Shown here: piece after piece, positions 1 to 8,418 of the stretch
Position numbering within the stretch: position 1 is the stretch's first letter
Layout of the letters: the number at the start of each line of letters is the position of its first letter
Assembly (NCBI GenBank): GCA_963809895.1
Contig: CAWELD010000003.1
Span: forward strand, 192,001 to 256,000
DNA length: 64,000 nucleotides
Origin: an uncultured Gemmatimonadales bacterium
Lineage (GTDB): Bacteria > Gemmatimonadota > Gemmatimonadetes > Longimicrobiales > Gaopeijiaceae
Direction: 5' to 3'
Translations under genes and position numbers: made by a program
The notes under the pieces: generated by a model
What the model saw: only the letters and a program-made list of their open reading frames with translations
Databases searched by the model: none
Told to the model about the DNA's origin: nothing

Positions 1-2
1 AA

Positions 3-755
3 CGGCTCTTCCACCGCGACATCCTGGCCGCGCTCTTCTGGCCCGAGGAGCCCGACGCCCGGGCCCGCAAGGCGCTTCGCAACGCACTGTGGCGCATGCG
101 GGCGATGATCGAGCCGTCACAGGTGGAGCCGGAGCGCTTTCTCGTCGTCGAAGGTCAATCCGTGGGCCTTCGCTCTGGTCCCGACATCTGGGTCGACGTG
201 GAGGAATTCGAGGAGCATACGCGCCCAGCCGACGCTGGACCCGTCGACCAGCGAGGCGCTGGACGTCTCGAACGCGCGCTGGATCTGTGGCGCGGCGAGC
301 TCATGGACGGACACGACCACGAGTGGTGCGTCTACGAGCGCCAACGCCTCCGCCTGAGGGTGCTGGCTGCGCAGGAGCGTTTACTGGAGTTCCACATGTG
401 TCGCGGGGCGTGGCAGGCCGCGCTCCGGCAGGGCGACGCGATCCTGCATCTGGACCCGTTCCGGGAGCACGTGTACCGGAATCTCATGCTCTGCCACCAT
501 TCCATGGGCGATCGTCCGCTGGCGGTTCGCCGGTTCCAGCGCTGCAGAGAGCTGCTGGCCGACGAGCTCGGCATCGCTCCCATGGAGGAGACCCGGACGC
601 TGTACGAGCAGATCCGCGCCGGCGACGTGCCCCACGGCGACGTCGCGATCCGCTCCGTGGACTCCAGGGTGGGACGCGCATTGCGGCGGGCCGAAGCCGC
701 ACTCACCGAGATCCGCGCGCTCACCGCCATGGACGGCGCCATGGAGCACACCTGA
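3..755 (+). CDS. SARP-family transcriptional regulator with BTAD domain (5' partial)
   Basis: The frame is open from base 3 (RDILAALFWPEEPDARARKALRNALWRMR). It continues with BTAD motifs WVDVEEFE, ALDLWRGELM, W..ERQRL, DPFREHVYRNLM and LADELGIAP. Confidence 0.85.
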   Translation, partial: RLFHRDILAALFWPEEPDARARKALRNALWRMRAMIEPSQVEPERFLVVEGQSVGLRSGPDIWVDVEEFEEHTRPADAGPVDQRGAGRLERALDLWRGELMDGHDHEWCVYERQRLRLRVLAAQERLLEFHMCRGAWQAALRQGDAILHLDPFREHVYRNLMLCHHSMGDRPLAVRRFQRCRELLADELGIAPMEETRTLYEQIRAGDVPHGDVAIRSVDSRVGRALRRAEAALTEIRALTAMDGAMEHT

Positions 756-820
756 CGCATGCGCCGGCCTCTCCGCCGTGGTAGCTTGCCACCGTCGCGG
801 GATTCCGTAGGGAGGAGTGC

Positions 821-1090
821 GTGCGCTTCTGGGAAGGTCTGGTCCTGTTCGGGACGGTCGTCTTCATCCTCATCGCGGTGGTGGGCTTGATCCAGGTCCA
901 GCGGAGGCTGAAGGCGCGCGAACGCCTGCGACTGGAACTGGCGCGGGTGGTGGCCGAGCTCGGAGACGGAGGCGTCGGCGAGGGTGCGCGAGCCCGGGAC
1001 GCCGGACCCCGGGGCACGGCGTCCGCCGATGCCGACGCCGCCGGTTCATCCCCCGACGAGCCGCCCCGGGGCGAGGCACCAACGCCGTGA
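821..1090 (+). CDS. Small hypothetical single-pass membrane protein
   Basis: GGGAGG SD upstream of GTG; N-terminal hydrophobic helix followed by a basic stretch and a low-complexity tail. Confidence 0.55.
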   Translation: MRFWEGLVLFGTVVFILIAVVGLIQVQRRLKARERLRLELARVVAELGDGGVGEGARARDAGPRGTASADADAAGSSPDEPPRGEAPTP

Positions 1091-1197
1091 GCCGTGTAGC
1101 GAGGGTTCAGCTCGATGGGGCGGGCCACCTGAGCAACCTGGAATCCCCCCAGGCCTTCTCGGATACCCTCCTGGGGTTCCTGCGCGGAGTGCGCTAG
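1087..1197 (+). pseudogene. C-terminal remnant of an alpha/beta hydrolase
   Basis: Translates VSRVARVQLDGAGHLSNLESPQAFSDTLLGFLRGVR*, the typical catalytic-His segment and terminal helix. The rest of the fold is absent. Confidence 0.55.
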
Positions 1198-1207
1198 ACT
1201 CCCTGGC

Positions 1208-2155
1208 ATGAGATACGTGCCACTTCTTCTGGGGATGGCCCTGGCGTTGGGCGCCTGTCGGGAAGCCCCCGACGAGATGCCGGCGCCGCAGCCGGTGCTG
1301 GCGGCCGACCGGCCCCCGTTCGACGGCCGGGCGGCCATGGCGCTGGTGGACACCCAGGTGGCGTTCGGACCGCGGGTGCCGGGACGCGCCGGGCACGCCG
1401 CGCAGCTCGCCTGGATGCTGGACGAGCTCACGCCGCTCGCCGACACCGTGGTGGCCGACACCTTCGACTACACCCACAGCGACACGGGCGAGCGGCTCCA
1501 GCTCACCAACGTGTTGGCCCGCTTTCGCCCCGAGGCCCCGCAACGGCTGCTCTTTCTCACGCACTGGGACACCCGCCCCACCTCCGACGCGGCCTCCGAG
1601 CCCGAGGAGCGCGCGCTCCCGGTGCCCGGCGCCAACGATGGGGCCTCGGGAACCGCGATCCTGCTGGAGGTCGCGCGCATCCTCGCCTCCCAGGATCTCC
1701 CGGTGGGCGTGGACCTGCTCTTCGTGGACGGCGAGGACTACGGTCCCACGGTGAACGACATGTTCATGGGATCCGAGCACTTCGCCGCGAACCTGCCCGA
1801 CGGGTACGACCCCCGGTACGGGGTGTTGCTGGACATGGTGGGCGACGCCGAGCCGCGCTTTCCCATCGAAGGCAACTCGGCCGAGCGGGCGCCCGACGTG
1901 GCGCAGCGGGTCTGGAGCGTGGCGGCTCGTCTGGGCTACGGGCAGGCGTTTCCCATGCAGGTGGGGATCGCGCTGTCCGACGATCATCTGCCGCTGAACG
2001 ACGCGGGCATCCCGACCATCGACGTGATCGACTTCGACTACGGGCCCGGCAACGCCTACTGGCACACGCCCGACGACACCCCGGACCAGGTGCGCCCGGC
2101 CACCCTCGACATGGTGGGCGAGGTTGTGCTGGAGCTGATCTTCATGGGAGGCTGA
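1208..2155 (+). CDS. M28-family metallopeptidase lipoprotein, glutaminyl-cyclase-like
   Basis: Lipobox LGAC; motifs HWDTRP, GANDGASG, DGEDYG, LLDMVG, DDHLP and YWHT. Confidence 0.85.
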   Translation: MRYVPLLLGMALALGACREAPDEMPAPQPVLAADRPPFDGRAAMALVDTQVAFGPRVPGRAGHAAQLAWMLDELTPLADTVVADTFDYTHSDTGERLQLTNVLARFRPEAPQRLLFLTHWDTRPTSDAASEPEERALPVPGANDGASGTAILLEVARILASQDLPVGVDLLFVDGEDYGPTVNDMFMGSEHFAANLPDGYDPRYGVLLDMVGDAEPRFPIEGNSAERAPDVAQRVWSVAARLGYGQAFPMQVGIALSDDHLPLNDAGIPTIDVIDFDYGPGNAYWHTPDDTPDQVRPATLDMVGEVVLELIFMGG

Positions 2156-2157
2156 CG

Positions 2158-3129
2158 ATGGACTCCGACGGTACGGTGCGGGTGGCGGCGGTGCAGGCCG
2201 CACCCACCCCCTTCGACACTCCCGCCGCCGTGGATCGCGTGGTGGAGCGCACGCTGGAGGTGGGCCGCGACGGCGCCGACCTGGTGGTCTTTCCCGAAGC
2301 CTGGGTCGGGGGATACCCGTGGGGACTGGCGTTCGGCACGGCCGTGGGGGGGCGCAGCCCCGCCGGCCGCCGCACCTGGGAGCGTTACTGGCGCGGGGGC
2401 GTCGACGTGCCGGGTCCGGAGACCGCGCGCATGGGAGAGGGTGCCCGGGAAGCCGGTGTCCATCTCGCGGTGGGGGTGGTGGAGCGCGACGCCACCTTCT
2501 CCGGGGGCACGCTCTTCTGCACACTCCTCTACTTCGGTCCCGACGGCTCGCTGCTGGCCAGGCATCGCAAGCTCAAGCCCACGGCCGCCGAGCGGCTCAT
2601 CTGGGGCGAGGGCGACGGCAGCACGCTGCCGGTCCTCGAAACACCGCTGGGGCGTGTGGGGGGCCTGATCTGCTGGGAGAACTACATGCCCCTCGCCCGC
2701 ATGGCGCTCTACGGCAAGGGCGTGGAGATCTACCTGGCCCCCACCGCCGACGCCCGACCGCGCTGGCAGGCCACGCTCCAGCACATCGCCCTGGAAGGCC
2801 GCTGCTTCGTGGTGGGATGCAACCAGTACGTGACGCGCGCCATGTATCCCGACGACCTGGAGATCGCCGGCGAGCTCGAGGCCTGGCCCGAGGTTCTGTG
2901 CCGGGGCGGGACGGCGATCTACGATCCGGCGGGCGAGTGCCTCGCGGGCCCGCTCTTCGACCAGGAGGGCGTGGTGGTGGCGGAGCTCGACCGGGGTGCC
3001 ATCGCCCGTGGCAAGTTCGACTTCGACGTGACGGGCCATTACGCGCGGCCCGACGTCTTCCGCTTCCAGGTCGACGAGCGCCCCCGGGGCGCCGTGGACT
3101 TCATCCCGCCCGACGCGCCGGCTTCTTGA
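2158..3129 (+). CDS. Nitrilase (carbon-nitrogen hydrolase family)
   Basis: Catalytic triad motifs FPEA, HRKLKPT and ICWENY; C-terminal FDVTGHYARPDVF. Confidence 0.92.
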   Translation: MDSDGTVRVAAVQAAPTPFDTPAAVDRVVERTLEVGRDGADLVVFPEAWVGGYPWGLAFGTAVGGRSPAGRRTWERYWRGGVDVPGPETARMGEGAREAGVHLAVGVVERDATFSGGTLFCTLLYFGPDGSLLARHRKLKPTAAERLIWGEGDGSTLPVLETPLGRVGGLICWENYMPLARMALYGKGVEIYLAPTADARPRWQATLQHIALEGRCFVVGCNQYVTRAMYPDDLEIAGELEAWPEVLCRGGTAIYDPAGECLAGPLFDQEGVVVAELDRGAIARGKFDFDVTGHYARPDVFRFQVDERPRGAVDFIPPDAPAS

Positions 3130-3214
3130 TCGGCCCAACCCCTTCGGGTTAGCCTCCCACACCCGGAAGGCCCTCCCGCTGTCAGCCGCCCCGCCACCCC
3201 ACGCGAGTCCATCC

Positions 3215-4432
3215 ATGAGCCCGACCGCCACCACCCCGACGCAGACTTTCCTCGACGAAGCCGATCGCTTCAGCGCCCACAACTACAAGCCGCTGCCCGT
3301 GGTGCTTCAGCGCGGTGAGGGCGTCTGGGTCTGGGACGTGGAAGGCACGAAATACCTGGACATGCTGGCGGCCTATTCGGCGGTCAACCAGGGCCACCGC
3401 CACCCTCGGATCCTGGAGGCGGCGCGGGCGCAGATGGACCGGCTCACCCTCACCTCGCGGGCCTTCCACAATGATCAGATGGGCCCCTTCCTCCACGAGC
3501 TCTGCCAGGTGACCGGCTACGACAGGGCGCTGCCCATGAACACCGGCGCCGAGGCCGTGGAGACGGCCATCAAGATGGTGCGCAAGTGGGGCTACCAGGT
3601 GAAGGGCGTGCCCGCTGGCCAGGCCGAGATCATCGTGTGCGCCAACAATTTCCACGGACGCACCACGACCATCGTCGGGTTCTCGTCCGAGGAGCAGTAC
3701 CGCGACGGATTCGGACCCTTCACCCCGGGCTTCAAGCTGGTGCCCTACGGTGACGTGGAGGCCTTCGAGGAGGCGCTCACCGATCACACCGTGGGATTCC
3801 TGGTCGAGCCCCTGCAGGGGGAGGGCGGGGTGGTGGTGCCGCCCGAGGGCTACCTGGCGCGCACCCGGGAGCTGTGCCGCGAGCGCAACGTGGCCTTCAT
3901 GGCCGACGAGATCCAGACGGGACTCGGCCGTACCGGCCGCATGTTCTGCTGCGACTGGGAAGACGTGCGGCCCGACATCCTCATCGTGGGCAAGGCGCTC
4001 GGCGGCGGGGTGTACCCCGTGTCCGCGGCCATCGCCGACGACGAGTTCATGGAGGTCTTCCACCCGGGCGATCACGGCTCGACCTTCGGCGGCAATCCGC
4101 TGGGTGCCGCGGTGGGACGTGCCTCGCTCGCCGTGATTGTGGACGAGCGACTTCCGGAGCGCTCCGCCGAGCTGGGTGCCTGGTTCATGGACCGACTCCG
4201 CGCCATCGATTCGCCCCACGTGAAGGAGGTGCGCGGCAAGGGCCTCATGATCGGCGTGGAGATCGAGGAGTCCTCGGGCACCGCCAGACCCTTCTGCGAA
4301 GCGCTGCAGGCCCGGGGGATCCTGGCCAAGGAGACCCACCACCAGGTCATCCGCTTCGCGCCCCCCCTGGTCATCGACGAGGACACGCTGGCCGACGCCC
4401 TGGAGCACGTGCGCGAGATCCTGAGCGCGTGA
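3215..4432 (+). CDS. rocD: Ornithine--oxo-acid aminotransferase
   Basis: AHNYKPLP, YSAVNQGH, NFHGRT, DEIQTGLGRTG, GKALGGG and HGSTFGGNPL. Confidence 0.93.
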   Translation: MSPTATTPTQTFLDEADRFSAHNYKPLPVVLQRGEGVWVWDVEGTKYLDMLAAYSAVNQGHRHPRILEAARAQMDRLTLTSRAFHNDQMGPFLHELCQVTGYDRALPMNTGAEAVETAIKMVRKWGYQVKGVPAGQAEIIVCANNFHGRTTTIVGFSSEEQYRDGFGPFTPGFKLVPYGDVEAFEEALTDHTVGFLVEPLQGEGGVVVPPEGYLARTRELCRERNVAFMADEIQTGLGRTGRMFCCDWEDVRPDILIVGKALGGGVYPVSAAIADDEFMEVFHPGDHGSTFGGNPLGAAVGRASLAVIVDERLPERSAELGAWFMDRLRAIDSPHVKEVRGKGLMIGVEIEESSGTARPFCEALQARGILAKETHHQVIRFAPPLVIDEDTLADALEHVREILSA

Positions 4433-6030
4433 AGCGGCTCCAGGAGGCGCTCCGGGGGCCCAGGCTCCCCCTGGCCGTCGGGCTGGTCCTGGCCCTTGTG
4501 GGCCTGCTGGCCTGGCGGCCTTCGCCAGTGGGGATCTGGCACGACGACGGCGTCTACGCACTCCTGGGCCGCGCCCTGGCTCATGGCGGCGGGCTCCACT
4601 ACGTGGGCGTGCCCGGCGCGCCGCCGGCGGTGAAGTTCCCGCCGCTCTATCCGGCGCTGCTGTCGGGGATCTGGCTCCTCACCGACGACGTGGACGTCTT
4701 CAACCGCGTCGCCGTGGGGCTGAACCTGCTCTTCCTGGTCGTCGCCGGCGGTGCCTTCGCGCTCTACCTGCGCGATCGACTGAAGCTCTCCTCGCCCGTC
4801 GCCTTCGTGGGCGCCGTCTTCGGCTGGGCCTTCCTGGAGTTGTGGTGGACGGCCTTCGTGCCGCTCTCCGAGCCGCTGTTCCTCATGCTCCTGGTCTTCC
4901 TGTTGGCGCGGGTCGCCCGGGCGGAAGGCGAGGAATCCGCGCCCGCATCGCACGTCGGCGCGGGAGAGCTGATGGCGCTGGTGGCGATCGGGTTGCTGCT
5001 GGTCTACGCCCGTACCGCCGGCGTGGCGATGGTGGGGGGTGCGGTCGTCGGGTTGGCGTGGCGACGCCGTTGGAGGTCGGCCGGCGTGCTGGCCGCGGGG
5101 GTGGGCGTCGGACTTCTGCCCTGGGTGATCTGGACCGCTCGCGCCGCGGCGCGCGTGCCCGCACCCATGCGCGACATTCTCGGGGGATATTCGGGCTGGC
5201 TACGAGGCCAGATCGCCGGAGACCCGCTGGCGTTCCTGGCGGGGCTGCCGTCGGCGTTCCTGCTTCTGGCGCAGGGCTTCGCCCGGGGTCTCGCTCCCGG
5301 CGTGGGGGGCTGGGCGTTCACGGTGCTGGGCACGGCCGTGGTGCTGGTGGCGCTCCTGGGCCTGACCCGCTTGTGGCGGCGGTCGCCCGCTGCAGCGGCC
5401 GCGCTCGTGCTCTACCTGGGGATGATCGCGATCTGGCCGTTCCGCGATCCCCGTCTCATCGCCCCCGTGTTTCCCCTGGTGGTCGCCTGCACGCTGCTGG
5501 GGGGCCGCGTCCTCTGGCGCCTCGAAGCGCCACCGGCGCGGGCCGTGACCCGCGGCATCGCCGTCCTCTGGCTGCTCGGCTTCGCGGTGGGTGCCGGGAT
5601 GCGGCTCTTCGACGAGGGCGCCACGCGGCCCCAGGCCATCCGGTCGCGTCAGCTGGCGGGGACGATCACGGCCGTGGAGGAGATGACACCCCCCGACGCC
5701 GTGGTGGGCGCGCCCGAGCTGTGGGCCGCCATTCCCCTCTACACCGGTCGGCAGGGTGTGCCCAGCGCTCCTTTCCGACCGGGCGCCACCGACGGCCCCG
5801 TGTGGGGACGGCCCGTGGATCAGTACCGCATCTGGCAGAGCGCGGGACTCCAGTACGTGGTCACGGAGGCCGGTGGAAAGGTGCACGGAGCGGCGCTGGA
5901 CCGGATCCAGGAGCGATGCCCCGGGGCGCTTCGGGTGGCCGCCTCCTGGGAGGGGCAGTCCCTGGTCGAGGTGAAGTGGGACGACGCCTGCCGCGCCCGT
6001 GTCATGCGGGACGACGACGGCTCCCGCTGA
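4429..6030 (+). CDS. Polytopic membrane protein, GT-C (ArnT/PMT-like) glycosyltransferase candidate
   Basis: GTG overlaps the rocD stop. HDDGVY follows TM1, then FPPLYP and SEPLF; many TM helices and a soluble C-terminus. Confidence 0.65.
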   Translation: MKRLQEALRGPRLPLAVGLVLALVGLLAWRPSPVGIWHDDGVYALLGRALAHGGGLHYVGVPGAPPAVKFPPLYPALLSGIWLLTDDVDVFNRVAVGLNLLFLVVAGGAFALYLRDRLKLSSPVAFVGAVFGWAFLELWWTAFVPLSEPLFLMLLVFLLARVARAEGEESAPASHVGAGELMALVAIGLLLVYARTAGVAMVGGAVVGLAWRRRWRSAGVLAAGVGVGLLPWVIWTARAAARVPAPMRDILGGYSGWLRGQIAGDPLAFLAGLPSAFLLLAQGFARGLAPGVGGWAFTVLGTAVVLVALLGLTRLWRRSPAAAAALVLYLGMIAIWPFRDPRLIAPVFPLVVACTLLGGRVLWRLEAPPARAVTRGIAVLWLLGFAVGAGMRLFDEGATRPQAIRSRQLAGTITAVEEMTPPDAVVGAPELWAAIPLYTGRQGVPSAPFRPGATDGPVWGRPVDQYRIWQSAGLQYVVTEAGGKVHGAALDRIQERCPGALRVAASWEGQSLVEVKWDDACRARVMRDDDGSR

Positions 6031-6036
6031 GCGTCG

Positions 6037-6312
6037 TCACCACTCGACCGAGCCCTGCTTGCTGGTGTCGACCTGCTCGGCGTCGCCCTCGCCCAGAAGC
6101 ACCTCCTCCACCTGCTTGTAGAGGAACTCCCGGGCCTTGGCCTCCCGCGGATCCAGGCCGTAGTGGTTGATGAGCAGGGTCTGATGCTGAAGCCAGTCCT
6201 TCCAGCAATTCTGGCAGATCTCCGCGAGGATCCGCTCTCCCAGCTCGTTGCGGAACGGAGGACGGGCGAGCGGAGGCCCCTCGCCACAACGCCTGCACTG
6301 GATCGTTTCCAC
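6037..6312 (-). CDS. YggX-like Fe(II)-trafficking / oxidative damage protection protein
   Basis: PPF.NELGERI..EIC..CWKDWL.HQT.LINHYGL...AREFL pattern; GTG start with GAGGTG upstream. Confidence 0.8.
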   Translation of the reverse strand: METIQCRRCGEGPPLARPPFRNELGERILAEICQNCWKDWLQHQTLLINHYGLDPREAKAREFLYKQVEEVLLGEGDAEQVDTSKQGSVEW

Positions 6313-6380
6313 GGCCACCTCGATATACTGAAGATCTGCGGTGAGAGGCACCGTACCCTGTCCCCGTCGCGCGAGGTCCC

Positions 6381-7376
6381 TTGGTATCGACTGCCATTCT
6401 GGGCACGGGCTATGACGTTCCCGACCGGGTCGTGGGCAACCAGGAGCTCACCCGCTACATGGACACCTCCGACGCGTGGATCCGGGAGCGCACCGGCATC
6501 GAAGAGCGGCGCTGGGTGCAGGAGGGGACCACCGGTGCGTCCATGGCGCGTCGGGCCAGCATCATGGCGTTGGAAGCCGCCGGTCTGGAGCCCGAAGACC
6601 TGGATGCCATCGTTCTGGCCACGCTGAGCCCGGACCACTTCTTTCCCGGCACGGGGGTGTTCCTGCAGCGGGAGCTGGGGCTGGCGGGCATCCCCGCGTT
6701 GGACGTGCGCGCCCAGTGCACCGGCTTCATCTACGGCCTGTCGGTGGCCGACGCCTGGATCCGGGCCGGCCAGTATCGCACGATCCTGCTCGTGGGGGTG
6801 GAGATCCAGTCCACGGGGCTCGATCTCACGACCCGCGGCCGCGACATGGCGGTGCTGTTCGGCGACGGCGCCGGGGCCGCCGTCCTCCAGGCCACCGACG
6901 AGCCCGATCGGGGCGTCCTGTCTACGCACCTGCACGCCGACGGAAGCCAGGCGGAGATCCTGTGGTGCGATGCCTCGTCTTCGGCCCGTCATCCCCGGAT
7001 CGGGCCGCGTGATCTGGAGGAGGGCCGGCACTATCCGCGCATGGACGGACGCGAAGTGTTCAAGCACGCCGTCACCCGCATGCCCGAGGTGGTGCGAGAG
7101 GCCCTGGACCGGCACGGGCTCGGCACGGAAGACATCGGGTTGCTGATCCCGCATCAGGCGAATCTCCGCATCTCGCAGATGGTGCAGCGCCGTCTGGGGC
7201 TCCCCGACGAGCGCGTCTTCAACAACATCCAGCGCTACGGCAACACCACGGCGGCGACGCTTCCCATCGCGCTGGCCGAGGCCGTGCGCGACGATCGTCT
7301 GGCTCCCGGCGATCTCCTCTGTCTCGTGGCTTTCGGGTCCGGCCTCACCTGGGGGAGCGCGCTGATACGGTGGTGA
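6381..7376 (+). CDS. fabH: 3-oxoacyl-ACP synthase III
   Basis: DTSDAWIRERTGI, AQCTGF, LFGDGAGA, PHQANLRI and YGNTTAA; TTG start. Confidence 0.92.
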   Translation: MVSTAILGTGYDVPDRVVGNQELTRYMDTSDAWIRERTGIEERRWVQEGTTGASMARRASIMALEAAGLEPEDLDAIVLATLSPDHFFPGTGVFLQRELGLAGIPALDVRAQCTGFIYGLSVADAWIRAGQYRTILLVGVEIQSTGLDLTTRGRDMAVLFGDGAGAAVLQATDEPDRGVLSTHLHADGSQAEILWCDASSSARHPRIGPRDLEEGRHYPRMDGREVFKHAVTRMPEVVREALDRHGLGTEDIGLLIPHQANLRISQMVQRRLGLPDERVFNNIQRYGNTTAATLPIALAEAVRDDRLAPGDLLCLVAFGSGLTWGSALIRW

Positions 7377-7507
7377 TGCGGCATACGGCCGGAGACGCGA
7401 CCGAAACGCCCTTTCCCGGCGGTGGTATACCGCTGGACCTGGATTCCGCCCGTAGTTAATTTTCCAATCTGTTCTCAGTCATGTTCCTTCCCGCGTGAGG
7501 GGTCGGG

Positions 7508-7888
7508 ATGCTCAACAAGAAGCAACTCGCGCACATAGAGAAGCGACTCCTCCAGGAGAGGGGCCGGGCCCTTCGCTCCCTGGGGCTCTTCGACGAGATG
7601 GCCAAGGCCGATCGCGAGTCGGGAGACTCCGACCTGTCGGTCTACACGGATCACATGGCCGACCAGGGCACCGAAGCCATGGAGCGCGAGAAGGCCGCGC
7701 TCTTCGCCACGAAGGAGGGGCGGTACCTCTATCGTATCGAGGAGGCGCTCCGGCGCCTCTACAACGATCCGAAAGCGTTCGGCTCCTGCCACACCTGCGG
7801 CGCCGACGTCGGGTTCGAGCGCCTGGATGCGCTGCCCCATGCCCGCTACTGCATCGACTGCAAGCTGAAGGAAGAGGAAGCGGCCTGA
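7508..7888 (+). CDS. TraR/DksA C4-type zinc finger protein
   Basis: Coiled coil with HMADQG tip; CHTC...ERLDALP.ARYCIDC. Confidence 0.9.
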   Translation: MLNKKQLAHIEKRLLQERGRALRSLGLFDEMAKADRESGDSDLSVYTDHMADQGTEAMEREKAALFATKEGRYLYRIEEALRRLYNDPKAFGSCHTCGADVGFERLDALPHARYCIDCKLKEEEAA

Positions 7889-7917
7889 GCGCCCACCCTG
7901 CTTCGGCGTTGGAATGA

Positions 7918-7954
7918 GAAGGGCCCGGCCGGGATCGGCCGGGCCCTTCCTTTC
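7918..7954. terminator. Intrinsic terminator between convergent genes
   Basis: Perfect 14-bp stem GAAGGGCCCGGCCG/CGGCCGGGCCCTTC with a 4-nt loop, followed by CTTTC. Confidence 0.75.
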
Positions 7955-7974
7955 GTCCTGGCGGAGACGGGCCG

Positions 7975-8367
7975 TCAGACGGTGGCCTCTTCCTCGGAGT
8001 CTTCCTCCTCTTCCGCCTCTTCCTCGTGCAGCGGGCTCGTGTCCTGCCAGAGCTGCTCGATCTCACCTCGCAGCCGGCGCACCTGCTCCTCCATGGGCCC
8101 GTCCTGCAGATGGTAGCGGGCGGCGCTCAAGGCCCGATAGGCCCGCCACAGAGCCGAAGACGCGGGCGTCTGCTCGTGGCTCCGCCTCTTCTCGCCCCGG
8201 AGGCGCGCGACGACCCACTCGGTCATCTCGTCGTCCAGGAGCATCGTGTCACCCGAGGACTTGCTCTCCGAGTCGACGAACTTCTGCAGCTTCTTCTTGA
8301 AGCTCTTGGGTACGCCTGCCACCACGTACACGGACAGGTCGTCGCGCTGTAGCATCTCCGAAGCCAT
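7975..8367 (-). CDS. Hypothetical protein with acidic C-terminal tail
   Basis: Strong SD AAAGGAGG; typical codon usage; Glu-rich tail. Confidence 0.75.
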   Translation of the reverse strand: MASEMLQRDDLSVYVVAGVPKSFKKKLQKFVDSESKSSGDTMLLDDEMTEWVVARLRGEKRRSHEQTPASSALWRAYRALSAARYHLQDGPMEEQVRRLRGEIEQLWQDTSPLHEEEAEEEEDSEEEATV

Positions 8368-8418
8368 TCATCCTCCTTTCGTGCGTCCGGGACCGGCGTG
8401 CTGCGCCGGTCGTCGCAG

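Noticed and set aside
3874..4428. N-terminal 185 aa of the 718-aa ORF
   Set aside because: It overlaps rocD out of frame and is Arg/Pro/Gly-rich noise; the real start is the GTG at 4429.
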